The notes beneath the pieces are model-generated. The model saw nothing but the letters and a program-made list of their open reading frames with translations. It made no database searches and was not told where the DNA came from. The translations under genes and the position numbers were made by a program. From Octopus sinensis (Eukaryota): a stretch of DNA of 64,000 nucleotides. The stretch lies in contig NC_043013.1 of NCBI RefSeq assembly GCF_006345805.1, positions 8,990,001 through 9,054,000 on the forward strand, written 5' to 3'. Positions 36,703 to 50,522 of this stretch are shown here, one piece after another (within the stretch, counting starts at the first letter, position 1; each line of letters begins with the position of its first letter).

Positions 36703-36898
36703 TATTAATTAAATTAATTTAGTTATAATTAATTTAATCTCTTCCATGTTTTTTTACATGTTGCTGTAACCATTTGAAACAATCATATGCATGGATTAAA
36801 ATTTGTTTAAACTTTTAACATTTTCTCTTCTCCATCTTTAATTGTTTGTTGAGTTTATATAGGGCCGTCTTCTATAAATGCTCATAATGCACCTTATG

Positions 36899-36932
<34 letters not shown>

Positions 36933-37101
36933 TGGTGTGCTTGTTTTGTTGATCTTACCATCACTGAACAGTACATTACACCCACACCCATTTGTTTATT
37001 CAGTGATGGCATAATATAAGTAATATTAACAGAACAACCAAATATCTCTACTTGATTATATGCAACGGAATAAATTGAGTAATTTACCTTATGTATGTGT
37101 A

Positions 37102-37138
<37 letters not shown>

Positions 37139-37272
37139 GTTTGTTTGTATATATGTATGTATGTCTGTTTGTATATATATGCATATATATGCGAATGGAT
37201 GTATTTATGTTTGTATGCATAATTATACGTGAGTGAATGCGTGGAGGGTGAATGTATAAGAGTGCAGCTTAC

Positions 37273-37380
37273 ATTTTTTGTTGGCGGTGGATTTATTTTG
37301 CTCCAGTTCAGTGATAGGTCTGTTTGTTGTGAAAAGCGACTATAAAGTTCTTCAAATCGCTTCATGTCTTTTTGGAAGTC
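37273..37380 (-). CDS. UGP2: UDP-glucose pyrophosphorylase exon (DFQKDMKRFEELYSRFSQQTDLSLNWSKINPPPTKN)
   Basis: tctcttccag acceptor, gtaagc donor, 108 nt, phase 0/0. Matches the UGPase F..LF.RF......W.KI..PP segment. Confidence 0.93.
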
Positions 37381-37456
37381 CTGGAAGAGAGAAAAAGAAA
37401 AACATCTAAAAATTAGTTTTGAAACCTTTAATTAAAAAAAAAAAAAATTATTACTA

Positions 37457-37492
<36 letters not shown>

Positions 37493-37724
37493 GGGTGGTG
37501 AGCCGGAAGAATCATTAGCATGCCAAGTGAAATGCTTAGTGGTATTTCATCTGCTGCTACGTTCTGAGTTCAAATTCTGCCAAGATCAACTTTGCCTTTC
37601 ATCCTTTCAGGGTCGATAAATTAAGTACCAATGAAACACTGGGGTTGATGTAATTGACTAGTCCCCTCTCCCAAAATTTCAAGGCCTTGTGCCTTCAGTA
37701 GAAAGAATTATTAATATTATTGTA

Positions 37725-37763
<39 letters not shown>

Positions 37764-38323
37764 GTTATTATTATTATTGAGTGAGAGAGCAGTTCATGCC
37801 ATCAAAGTGACACTGGGGTAAAATATACGAAGCCCAATATACCCATCATGACTACCCGTCTGATAAGGGTACACAAGACACATGCATCACAACCATTTGT
37901 GCGCGACATGGTGATCTTATACCAAGATAAACAGCACATGACCTTGCAGGTGGGGCCCAGTTAGAATTTTCTTCAGGTTGAGTAGCCCATCCCACTCAAA
38001 AGGTCCCTGAATAAGGGTTGTTTAAGGATGTTGAAAGAACCACCCATGTTTCCAGAGGTGAATTATTCAAACTCCAAAGAATCCTTCTCAACACATGGCT
38101 ATGATTCTCCCCCACTACTTCTGCTTGTGATCAGAGATGCATATATCATCAGCCACTAAGGGACATGCTCAACTGGTTAAGGTCAAACAACTGACAAGCA
38201 AATCTGTGGTATTGAGCAGAATATTTGCTGTAGCCCATCTTTTATACCAAGACAAAACAATGTACATGATAACACTTCCAATCAGTTAAGATCAGAAGCC
38301 ACGAGAGCCACTGCCTGGTACTG

Positions 38324-38372
<49 letters not shown>

Positions 38373-41300
38373 TAGTCTTATTTTTATCATGTACTTTCAC
38401 TACACTACCAAGCACAGCTCTTTGTGCCTTGGGTATGTGTTGTGGTTTGTTGTGATACTACTTATTTTCACTGTATTGAAAGTGGAATTATTATGGTTGT
38501 TGTTGTTGTTATTATTATTATTATTATTATTATTAGCCTAGCCCTTGTGCCGGTGGCACATAAAAAGCACCATCCGTTCGTGGCCGTTTGCCAGCTCTGT
38601 CTGGCACCTGTGCGGGTGGCACGTAAAAAGCACCCACTACACTCACGGAGTGGTTGGCGTTAGGAAGGGCATCCAGCCGTAGAAACACTGCCAGATTTGA
38701 CTGGGCCTGATGAAGCCTTCTGGCTTCACAGACCCCAGTAGAACCGTCCAACCCATGCTAGCATGGAAAACGGACGCTAAACAACGATGATATTGTTCAA
38801 CCAGCAGTATTTCACCTGTTGCTACAGTCTCAGTTCAAATTCTTTCTGGGGTTGATAAATTAAGGACCAGTGAAACACCGGGATCGATGTAATTGACTAG
38901 TCAACTCCTACCAAATTTCAGGCCTTGTGCCTTTAATAGAAAGGATAATCATCAAAATCATCATCATCATCATCATCATCATTATTATCATTATTATCAT
39001 TTAGGCAAGCTGGATGAAATGTTTACCGGTATTTTGTACTGAGTTCATATTTCAGCGCCGGTGGCACATAAAAAGCACCATCCAAACGTGGCCATTGCCA
39101 GCACCGCCTTGACTGGCTTCTGTGCCGCTGGCACGTTAAAAGCTCCAACCGATCATGGCCGATGCCGGACCCCCCCTGGCACCTGTGCAGGTGGCACGTA
39201 AAAAGCACCCACTACACTCGCGGAGTGGTTGGCATTAGGAAGGGCATCCAGCCGTAGAAACTCTGCCAGATCAGACTGGAGCCTGGAGCAGCCCCTGGCT
39301 TCCCAGACCCCGGTCGAACCGTCCAACCCATGCTAGTGTGGAAAACGGACGTTAAACAATGATGATGATGATGATGTTGACTTTCCTTTTCATCCTTTCA
39401 GATTCAATAAAATAAGTAGCAGTTGAACATTGGGGGGGTCAATGTAATCAACTCGTCTCCACCTCCCTCAAGCTGCCCTTGTGGAAAAAATTTGAAATAA
39501 TATTATTAAGACAGCAGACTGGCTGAATCGTTACTGCATTGGACAAAATGCTCGGTGGCATTTCCTTCGACCGTTTGAACGGTTCTGAGTTCAAATTCCA
39601 TCAAGGGTGACTTTGGCCTTCATCCTTTCAGGGTCAATAAACCAAAGTACTAGGGGAGCATTGGGGTTGATATAACTGAGTAGTCCCCACCCCACAAATT
39701 TCAGGCTTTGTGCCTATAACAGAAAGGATTATTATTATTATGTTTTTGCCTTTGCTTTAATTCATACAGGCTGCACCTTAGTTTTAACAACAGGTGTCAA
39801 AGGACAGGTTTTAGAATTATTATTATAATTATAATTATTAGGGTGGTGAGCTGGCACAATCATTAGCTCACCGGTTAAAATGCATAGCAGTATTTCACCC
39901 ATTGCTACATTCTGTGTTCAAATACTACCGAGGTTGACTTTGCCTTTTATCCTTTTAGAGTCGATAAATTAGGTACCAGTGAAACACTGAGATCGACGTA
40001 ATCAACTAGTCCCTTCTCCCCAAAATTTCAGGTCATGTGCCTTTAGTAAAAAAGGATTATTATTATAATTATTATTAGTACTTGGTTGTTAGTATGCTAC
40101 TTAAAGACTTGCTAAGACATGTACAATACAAGTGGCAAGTCAGCTTATTTTACCTTTTTTGGGGGTGGGGGTGGGGAATCAGATATATAGTCAAGAGAAT
40201 ACTTATTTATTAAATAGTTCAACTAATGCTGCTTTTCATAATTCTTTCTTCTAATAGTACAAGGCCTGAAATTTAGTGGAAGGGGACTAGTCAATTACAT
40301 CAACCCCCAGTATTTCACTGGTACTTAATTTATTGACCCCAAAAGGATGAAAGGCAAAGGCGACCTCGGCAGAATTTGAACTCACAACGTATTTGATGGG
40401 CAAAATAATGCTAAGCATTTTACCTGGTGTACTAACGATTCTGCCAGCTGATAAAATATGTGCATCTCATAATGAGATGCACATATTCGTGAGACCAGTT
40501 TTATTTTAGGTGAACAGAGTCCCACCACGGTTATTATAGCCTAACTGATCTAGTATAAGATCAAAAGCATTCCAGTTGCGACCATCCCATCTTTTATTCA
40601 AACATAGTTCATCTAGAATCCCATTATTTAGTTTGCTCATCACCATCAACATTTAATGTTTGTTTTTCATGCTGGTATGGATCAAATGGTTAAACAGGAG
40701 ATGTCAAGCCAGAGATCAGCGCCAAGCTCCAATGTCCATTCTGGCATTGGTTTCTACAGTGGGATATTCTCTCTAACACCAACCACTTCACAGAGTGTAC
40801 TGGGTGCTTTTTACAAGGCACCAGCACAAATGATGTCACTAGGTAACTTACAAGACAGGACCTCCTCACCTGAGATGTGGCTGTTGTGACGAGGGCGGTG
40901 GTTTTGTGTTCATTGATGAGAGACTAAAATATGATAGAGAGACAGGAGCAAGTGTGGTACTGTACATGAGATAGATTGCCACTCCATCGTGGTAAAGAAG
41001 TGTCAGGGTGTACCCTCAAGGTACATGGAGGTAATTATAAATGGTACAGTGGTAAAGTAGTAGCATATTATTAGAAGAAAAGTTTAGCTGTTATTTCTAG
41101 CAGGATCAAGAACAATGTATGATAAAAACAAGCTACAGTTTATATCATTTGTTCAGTATGTATGTTTTACCATTATGGTAATCTGCATCCTTTGCAGTGG
41201 ATGTTTCAGGTGTAGTTGGATGCTGAACCACAACAATTCTTCAGGGGAACATCATCATCATCATCATCGTCATTTAACATCCGCTTTCCATGCTAGCATG

Positions 41301-41961
41301 GGTTGGACGATTTGACTGAGGGCTGGTGAACCAGATGGCTGCACCAGGCTCCAATCTTGATCTGGCAGAGCTTCTACAGCTGGATGCCCTTCCTAATGCC
41401 AACCACTCCGAGAGTGTAGTGGGTGCTTTTACATGCCAGTCAGGCAGTACTGGCAACGACCTCGCTCGTTTGTGCAGATATATAAGGGTAGACTGAAAAG
41501 TTTATATGTGTGTGTGTGTGTGTGTGTATGTGTGTATGTGTGTGTGTGTGTGTGTGCATGCATAGTTTTGTTGTGCAGTTGTGGCTGCATGTACCACAAA
41601 GTACAGCTGTGGCTAAACAACAGTAAACAATAGTAACAGGTGTGGTTGTTGTTAAGAAATTTTATTACTGACCCATTACTTCAGGTTCAGTTCCATTGCA
41701 TGTCATCTAAGGAAAGCATTTTCTACAGCGCTGGGCACTGAGACTAACACTTCGTATCTGGATTTGGTAGAGAGAAACCGAAAAAAAGCCCTTCGCACAC
41801 ATACACAAACACACACACATATATTTATATAGTATATGAAGGGCTTAACTCACTTGAGATCTAAATGAATAGGTATACTGAGTAAGCGCTATAATTGGTT
41901 GTCTGTGAAGTTCCAAGTTCACAGCTGAGGGTGGATCTAGGGACCCAGATTAGGGTTCCGT

Positions 41962-41998
<37 letters not shown>

Positions 41999-42589
41999 AT
42001 GTATACATGTATGTATATATACATGTATGTATGTATGCCTGGGCTCCATTTTGTCTGTTTCAGCATGGCTTCTATGACTGGAAGCCCTTCCTAATACCAA
42101 CCACTTTAAAGAGTATACTGGGTGTTTTTAACTTGGCTGCAGCATGGGCAATTTTATGTGGAACTGGCACGGGCATTTTTACATTGCACCATCACGAGCT
42201 CTTTTATATGGCATTGAAACGGATACTTTTATGTCATACCATCACCCACACACAAACCCACAAAACTAGGATTCTCATATATGATATATCTTTAATCTTT
42301 TATCTTTTATTTGTCTCAGTCATTTGACTGTGGCCATACTGGGCCCTATTTAACCAGTTATCTCTTGTTTCGTTTTGTCTAGAAATTTGTCGCAACTACC
42401 CAGTTTTTTCTCTATGGACATATCAAGTGAAAGAAAAAGTTAAGGGGATGTGCGTGCATGCTTGTTCTTTTGTGCGTCTGTGTGTGCTTGTACTTGTCTG
42501 GTGTGCATGTGTGCATGTGCTTGTGTGTATGCATGGACGAGCTTGTTTCCCCTCTCTGTCCAGAGAAATACCTAGCAGGAGAAATTCTT

Positions 42590-42690
42590 AGCCAAAGACA
42601 GGTTGCCCCTGTGAGCTCCTCTATGCTGATGACCTGGCCCTCATAGCAAAAGCACTACCAGAACTAGAGAAGAAATTCTAGGTGTGGAAG
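42590..42690 (+). mobile_element. RTE-clade reverse transcriptase fragment
   Basis: ELLYADDLALIAKALPELEKKF*VWK. Confidence 0.7.
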
Positions 42691-43489
42691 GGTTTTAGTC
42701 AAACAAATTGACTGCCCCCTCCCACCGGACTTAGTTTTCTTTTTTAAGCTTGGTATTTATTCTATTAGTCTTTTGTTGAACTGCTATGTTATGGGACCAT
42801 AAACACACCAACACCTGTTGTCAAGTGGTGGGTTGGAGGACAAACCCAAACACACACATCCATACATACACATGACAGATTTCTTTCAGTTAAATCTAGC
42901 CACCTTGTTTGCAGTTTATTCAAGCTAAATACAGGTTTCGTTCTGACTACCAGACCTGTGCAATGAGTAAATATTCCAGATAGTTTGTAGGTATTGATAA
43001 AAAAAATTGTCAATGAATGGCCTGAATTTTTTATGTTTAGTTACCGTGCCATCAAAAATATTTAAATGTATATGTTTGTGTGTGTGTGTGTGTGTGTACA
43101 CACACTCACACACACAAGCATAAACACTCACACCCATAAACACTCACACCCATATATACATACATACATACATATATATATCATCATCATCATCATCATT
43201 TAATGTCTGTTTTCCATGCTGGCATGGGTTGGACAGCTGGACTGGAACTGGTACGGTCAGGTACCACACACACACACTGCTAAGATAATTTCTTGTTCTT
43301 TTTTCTTGTTTTTTGGATGTTTAATTTTCCATCTGCCATGAATATTCTCTACTGATAGCTACTTCTGTAAGCCAATTTAACTCCCTAATTTCTTTCTCTT
43401 TGTTCCTCCTAAATTCTTCATGAATTCGGCTAAGCTAAGAATGAGCCTAGTACCATCTCCCCAAAGCAAACCTGCTTGTCAGAGGTGCA

Positions 43490-44378
43490 CTCACCCTTTC
43501 CTGCCCCCACCACTAATACCAGATATTTTTATGCATGTGTGCGAACTGCCATGCTTCATGGCAGCGAAACATGAGCCATGACTGCTGAAGACATGCGTAG
43601 GCTTGAAAGACATGAAGCTAGCATGATCTGTTGGATGTGTAATGTCAGTGTGCATAGACAACAGAGTGTAAGCGCCCTGAGAGAAATGTTGGACATAAGA
43701 AGCATTGGATGTGGCATGCAAGAGGGATGTTTGCACTGGTATGGTCATGTACTCTGGCTCGACGAGGAGAGTTGTGTGAAGAAGTGCCACTCGCAAGCAG
43801 TGGAAAGAATCTGGGGTAGAGGGAGACCCAGGAAGACATGGGATGAGGTGGTGAAATATGACCTTCGAATGTTGGGCCTCACAGAGGAATGATGAAAGAC
43901 CGAGACCTCAGGAGATAAGCTGTGAGTGAGAAGACCCAGCAAATAAAGTGAGATCATAGTTGTAATCTACACCAGTGTCACATAACCAGTCAATTCGAAA
44001 GTACCCTTGGATCGTTGGGCGACTTTGCGTGCTTGAGGAGACCTATTTAGTCAAGTACATCAACATCAAAATGAAATCAAATCACAATCAAATGGAAGTT
44101 GTAGCTGTGATCCCCATGCCAGTGACATGTAAAAAGCACCATCCGAATGTGGTCAATGCCAGCCCCCTCGACCCAACTGGCTTCTGTGCCGGTGGCACGT
44201 AAAAAGCACCCACTACACTGTCAGAGTGGTTGGCATTAGGAAGGGCATCCAGACGTAGAAACATTGCCAGATCAGACTAGAGTCTGGTGCAGCCTCCTGG
44301 TTTTCCAGACCCCAGTCGAACCGTCCAACCCATGCCAGCATGGAAAGCAGATGTTAAACAATGATGATGATGATGATG
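43490..44378 (+). mobile_element. RTE-clade LINE 3' part: ORF end, 3' UTR with about 55-bp tandem units, (GAT)n tail
   Basis: EDMRRLERHEASMICWMC...LHWYGHV...GRGRPRKTWDEVV, contiguous with the UTR. UTR-only copies occur at about 15268-15620(-), 17055-17395(-), 26070-26540, 32640-32910, 38535-38790, 39053-39378, 41253-41470(-), 46062-46232, 49040-49470, 51040-51165 and 55425-55600(-). Confidence 0.85.
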
Positions 44379-45585
44379 AAATATATATATATATATATAT
44401 ATACTATCGTGACCTGTTGGGTCACCAGGGATGTTTGAGTTTCCCAGCAATGAAGTTTTGTTTTGTGAGTTTTTTCCTCCTTTTCCAGGTTATTATGCGT
44501 GCTTTCAACGAATGTCACATTGAAATCATGTGTAAACAGCTCCTTTCCCCAAGAAAGGAAAGATTTGGCTGCTATTTCTTGCATGCCCTGCTATCACATA
44601 ACTGGTATTCCGGGTCCTTTATTGCAAACAGCTGTTACGTGGTAGCTGGGCGTGCTAGAAATAGCAGCTAAATCTTTGAAGGTGAGATATGTTGAATGCA
44701 CTCAAAGAAATCTATAGAAAAACTATTTCACACAATGGTTACAAACGAGTCTTTTATGAAATATTTACCGTACTTTTAAAGGCATTTTCACTTACAAATA
44801 TTTTGTCCATCATAATGTGCCTAATGGAAAGGTTTGAGTTTCTTCCCTTTCAGGATTAAGTTATTTTCGGAATATTTTCCCATTATGAACCGTTTGGGTT
44901 ATTTATACCAGCAAAATCCCAAATATCTCAATAACCACTGGTCCGATCGATGTGAAACTTATTTTATTTCATTTGTATTCACATTTCAGGGGCACTTTAC
45001 TTTCAAAATATTTTCCCATTATACACCAGTTTGGTTGTGTAATATTGCAAGCCAGCAAGCAAGATCAAAGTTCATTTTTAATGCATTTTATATATACATA
45101 CATGTGTCTGTGTGTGTATGTATGTGTGTGTTTGCGTATATGCTAACATTTAGATGCATATATACCTATTGTTTGTTTCAGTCTTTGGATCCAGCCAGGG
45201 TTTAGTCAAACAAATTGAGATTGAAACCTCCACCTTTACATTAGATTACTACTTACCAACACCTTTGACCTACTGGGTAACGGTGTTGGTAATTAATAAC
45301 CTAAACATCATCACTTAACGTCTACTTTCCATGCTGGTATGGGTTAGACAGTTTGACTGGAGCTGGTAAGCTGGTGAGCTGCACCAGGCTCCAGTCTTTT
45401 TTATCTGATTTCAACTTCCAAAGGGGCCAGATTTGCATTTCTTCCTTTCAAGAGTATTGCAAGATGAGTGGTACTATTTTGTTTGCAAATCTTATTAAGA
45501 GTATGTCCCTCCTAGAAGAGTTGCTGTCTATGTAGCTTTGCCAAAAATGATGGGAGACTCCTCTACCCCTGGGAAATCTATTTAA

Positions 45586-45805
45586 CTCTTTCGATACCAA
45601 CCCGGCTGAAACCGGCTCTGGCTCTGAGTACAAATGTCTTGTTTTCATAAGTTTTGAATTAAAATTTTCCAGCAACCCTTAGTCACAATTTATGTTCCTA
45701 ACACTATCAGAATGATAACCAAGTTATTTTACTAAATTCTTTGTTATATTTAAAGTAAATGAAGGAAACACAGAGCATCTCAAAATAGATACAGTAACGA
45801 AAGGG
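45586..45805. mobile_element. piggyBac-like MITE, same family, opposite orientation
   Basis: TTAA flanks at 45582-45585 and 45806-45809. Confidence 0.85.
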
Positions 45806-45981
45806 TTAACATATATAATGGCCAAATTCTAAGCAGTGGATTGGTAGAATTTATAGAATGCTGGATGGGACAACCTTGTGGTGTTTGTGGCTATTTGCAT
45901 TCTGGAAGTATGTTTCTGATGATGCTGATGCCAAGCTGCATCAGCCTTTAACTTTTTAGCATTCAGATTATTCTGTCAAAT

Positions 45982-46053
45982 TCCCATGGGGTCAAGTGGT
46001 TAGAATTCCTGGCTTTCACCCAGGTGGCCCGGTTTCGATTCCCAGCATGGGAA
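45982..46053 (+). pseudogene. tRNA-Glu(TTC) pseudogene
   Basis: 72-nt cloverleaf with TCCCATG/CATGGGA acceptor stem and CCTGG-CT-TTC-AC-CCAGG anticodon arm. Carries U8G, D-stem changes, and G53T plus G64A mismatches in the T stem, so both A and B boxes are damaged. Confidence 0.85.
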
Positions 46054-47163
46054 TGTTAATTTTGCACTACACTCACGGAGTGGTTGGCATTAGGAAGGGC
46101 ACCCAGCTGTAGAAACACTGCCAGATCAGACTGGAGCTTGGTGCAGCCTCCTGGCTTCCCAGACCCCGGTCGAACAATCCAACCCGTGCTAGCATGGAAA
46201 GCGGACATTAAACAATGATGATGATGATGATGTAATGCTTATTTATTCACATTGTTTTGAATTTATCCAGCATTATCTTGTAGCTTTGAGAGTTCGATTA
46301 AGCGACTGTATATTTTTTTTGACAAACACTTGTAGGGTAGGTGTGAGAGGCTGGATCTGGTCAGTTTGAACATAAAACAGGAAGAATATTTTGGTTGGAT
46401 ATGGCCAGTTCAAATGCTAAAGGGTCAAGGAAGGCCATGAATTTGGATGACATTGGCGGCAAAGAGGCAGAATATTTGTATGCATGCACAACTGATAGTC
46501 TTCCACAAAAACTTCCTGGTTCAGGCTTGTCCATCACCATCATCATTGTTGTCATCATCATCATCGTCATCATCATCATCGTCATCATCATTTAACGACC
46601 ACATTTCCATGCTTGCATGGGTCAGACATAGTAGATTTGAAGCAGATTTTCAACAGCTGGATGCCCTTCCTGTTCCCAGGCCTAATCTCTGTTTCCCCGA
46701 TTAGGTAACCTTTGCCTATGACAAGTCATGTTCCACAGAATCCTGGATATGAGTAACACTGTGTAAATGACAGTGACGCTCATTCACAACTATCACATGA
46801 TGTTCAAGACAAGGAAAATCAAAAACACACACATACATTTATGTGTGTGTGTGTGTGTGTGTATGTGTGGATGCACAATGGCCCAGTGGTTAGGGCAGCG
46901 GACTCGCGGTTGAAGGATCATGGTTTCGATTCCCAAACTGGGCGTTGTGTGTGTTTATTGAGTGAAAACACCTAAAGCTCCACGGGGCTCCGGCAGGGAG
47001 TGGTGGCAACCCCTGTTGTACTCATTTGCCCCAACTTTCTCTCATTCTCTCTTCCTGTTTCTTGAGTAACACTGAGATGGACTGGCATCTCGTCCAGCTG
47101 GGGAGAACACATACGCCACAGAAACCAGGCCTATGAGCCTGGCTAGGCTTTAAAAGGGCACAC

Positions 47164-47209
<46 letters not shown>

Positions 47210-47334
47210 GGCTTCTTTCAGTTTCTGTTAACCAAATCCACTCAAAAGTCTTTGGTCAGACCACAAGACTATCATAGAAGATGCTTGAGTCAAATTGTAT
47301 GTCTTGGAACCAATAACCAACATAAGTTGAGCAA

Positions 47335-47879
47335 TACCTCACTTTATGAGGGCCTGCTTTATGAAATCCCGGGTTTATGAATTTATTTTTCAAGTCCAAG
47401 ATCCAAATTTTGAATGAAGTGCAAAAGTTTCTTCTACCATAACAAATGCTTCTGCATGTTACCAAGAAATTTATAAAGAGCAAAAAAAATATATATTTTC
47501 TAAGCAATTTTAGACTTGTTTTTTAAAAGGAAATCTACAAGTCCATCTATGAGTGGTTGTGAGTTGGCGAACACATCTACAAGTGATGGTGTGCAAGAGT
47601 TTAGTGTGAGTGAAAGTGATTCAGAAAAGGACTATTATAATTTTTTTTTTATTATAAATGACCTTCACGTTCCTTTTAGTTTACATAAAATATTCTTTAC
47701 ATTTTACAGTTGCTTTATTGCCATTTATTTACTAGTATTATAAATTTTATAGATTAAACATTTTTCTGGGAATGTATTACAATTTATAAAATTGCTATTA
47801 TGGGAAATTACTACTCTGCTTTACAAACTTTTGCTTTACAAGCGATCTCGGGGAACAAATAAATTGAGGCATTATTGTA
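47335..47879 (+). mobile_element. Tigger/pogo-like transposon 3' relic
   Basis: QDPNFE*SAKVSSTITNASACYQEIYKEQKK..LDLFFK resembles the Tigger transposase C-terminus; ends gaggcattattg-ta. Confidence 0.6.
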
Positions 47880-48201
47880 CGTCTGTACTGTATATGTGCA
47901 TATAGCTGTATAGTCCTCTAACTCTGCTTTTCCCATCTACTTCTGCCTAAATATAAGTGTACATACATATCAATGAATGCAAATGTGAATAGTTCTTGTG
48001 AAGGCATGCGGTGATGGTATTTAGCTCATGATTGTAAGGTCGTAAGTTCAATTCTAGTGATTGCTGTGTCCTTGAGCAAGACACTTTATTTCATGTTGCA
48101 CCAGTCTACTTAGCTGGCAAAAATTAGTATTACCTGTATTTCAAAGGGCCAGGCTTATCACATTCTGTTTTCATGCTGAATCTTCTTAAGAGCTACATTA
48201 A

Positions 48202-48421
48202 CCCTTTCATTACCAACCAAGGTGAAACCACCTCTAGCTCTGTAGTACAAATATCTTGTTTTCATAAGTTTTGAATTAAAATCTTCCACCAAACCTTAGT
48301 CACAATTTATATTCCTAACACTAGCTTAATGATAACCAAGTTATTTTACTAAATTTTTTGTTATATTTAAAATAATTGAAGAAACACAGAGCATCTCAAA
48401 ATAAATACGGTAATGAAAGGG
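48202..48421. mobile_element. piggyBac-like MITE, same family, inserted in a SINE
   Basis: TTAA flanks at 48198-48201 and 48422-48425; CCCTTTCATTACC / GGTAATGAAAGGG perfect 13-bp TIR. Confidence 0.85.
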
Positions 48422-48640
48422 TTAAGGGTACACATGTCTATGGAGTGGTCAGCTACTTGCATGTTAATTTAATGAGAAGGCCGTTCCATTAATAGGATCA
48501 ACTGGAATTCTTGTCATTGTAACAGACAGAGTATATAGTTCCATATGTATCTACAGAGGCAATGATTCATTACATGTATATATATTTAAAAGAGTTGATA
48601 AACAAAAGCACTAAAAATAGATTAATAAAAATATATTTAC

Positions 48641-48763
48641 ATCTTGTTTATTTGACTCCATACTTTTGATTAAACGTGTAATTCCATTACGCATTCCAGA
48701 ATAAGAATCTTTACGCGTGAGAGACATGAAATCAGTGCCATTGGCAACACAATGGGCTGTTTT
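48641..48763 (-). CDS. UGP2: UDP-glucose pyrophosphorylase, most 5' coding exon found (KTAHCVANGTDFMSLTRKDSYSGMRNGITRLIKSMESNKQD)
   Basis: Strong pyrimidine tract + AG (ttccttttctctttcag), GT donor (gtaaat), 123 nt open, phase 0/0 joining the next exon. Weak resemblance to the UGPase N-terminal helix; less conserved than the other exons. Confidence 0.75.
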
Positions 48764-50377
48764 CTGAAAGAGAAAAGGAAAAAGGGAAAATGTTTAGATG
48801 CTATATAGTAAAATATACAACTTTGGAAAACAATAAACTGGGGAAAAAAATGTTCATTATGAGGCTTGCATTTATATCAGTGTATATGAATATATATGTA
48901 TGTGGATGGTATAAAAAAAGTATAAAGAGTTAATAGATGAGCTTGAGAGGATCTCTATTTAGAGAACGCTTAGTAGAATGATGCAAATAAACAGATAAAA
49001 CTCCTTAAACATTAAAAATCAATGGAAGTCAAGTACACAAACATCAAACATCAAAAATCAATGGAAACTGCAGTTGTGATCCCTGTGCCAGTGGCACGTA
49101 AAAAGCACCATCCGAACATGGCTGATGCCAGCGCCGCCTAGACTGGCTTCTGTGCCGGTGGCATGTAAAAAGCACCATCCAAACGTGGCCGATGCCAGCG
49201 CCACCTTGACTGGCTTCCGTGCTGGTGGCACATAAAAAGCACCAATCCGATCGTGGCCATTGCCAGCCTCACCTGGCACCTGTGCCAGTGACACATAAAA
49301 AGCACCCACTACACTCTCGGAGTGGTTGGCGTTAGGAAGGGCATCCAGCTGTAGAAACACTGCCAGATCAGACTGGAGCCTGGTGCAGCCTTCTGGCTTC
49401 CCAGATCCCCTGTCGAACCGTCCAACCCATACTAGCTTGGAGAACGGATGTTAAACGATGATGATGATGAATATATATAAATGTATTACATGTAAGTAAA
49501 GAAAAGGCAAAGACAAAAAATTTTCAGATGATTTAGACCATAACCATGTGGTCTATGCCAGGGGTGTAACCAGCCCACTTATGCGTACGTTTCCTTCATT
49601 GGACACTAAACTCTGCTTGCAAAGACCTCTTGAGGTAAGTGAAATTGAAATGAAATTCGATGACTGGCATCCGTGCTAGTCCAGCGCTAAGCATACCATT
49701 CGAGCATGATTGTAATAAACACCATTTGAGTGTGATCGTTACCTGTGTTGCCCTATTGGCACTTGTGCTGGTGACACATGACAAAACATTTGAGCGAGGT
49801 CGTTGCCAGAGCAGCTGGACTGCTTCCAGTGCAGGTGGCATGTAAAAAAACACCATAGAAAATCTATTTTAGTCATGGGATCATGGAACAGTAAATGTAA
49901 GCAGATGAAGATGACAATAGCAACAAGAGTAATGATGATGATGATGATGATATTATAAGTGAACAAAGGCAGAAACACCACTATCGCCCACCACTATCAT
50001 CACCACTACCATCATCACTACTGTCACATTCACCACTTCTACCACTATCACCATTACCACTATCACCATTACCACTTTCACTGTCACTGCCACAAAAAAA
50101 AAAAGAAAAACAAAACTGGATTGCTATGGCTTAAACATCTTTGATCATGGGTCAGATCAGCTAGGAATAGCCTTGGATTAAACAATAACAACCTGCAAGG
50201 TAAGAACAGAAGAAAACTGAAGTGGCATTAACTGATGGTTAAAATTACAGTGGGAGATTATGACAAAATATAGGGCGAAATGCTTAGCAGTACTTCGTCT
50301 GTCTTTATGTTCTGGGTTCAAATGTCGCTGAGGTCAACTTTGCCTTTCATCCTTTCAGGGTCGATAAATTAAGTACC

Positions 50378-50522
50378 TATTTCTTTATTACCCACAAGGG
50401 GCTAAACACAGAAGGGACAAACAAGGACAGACATAGGTATTAAGTTGATTACATCGACCCCAGTGCGTAACTGGTACTTAATTTATCGACCCCGAAAGGA
50501 TGAAAGGCAAAGTCAACCTCGG
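50378..50522 (-). mobile_element. 5'-truncated Nin/Deu-like SINE inserted antisense into another copy of the same family, 16-bp TSD
   Basis: cgataaattaagtacc at 50362-50377 and 50523-50538. Confidence 0.85.

Noticed and set aside
49085-49310. About 25-bp conserved repeat with about 30-bp intervening segments, superficially CRISPR-like (also 39053-39210, 15430-15610)
   Set aside because: The intervening segments are homologous to each other, the array is part of an RTE 3' UTR, the DNA is eukaryotic and there are no cas genes.
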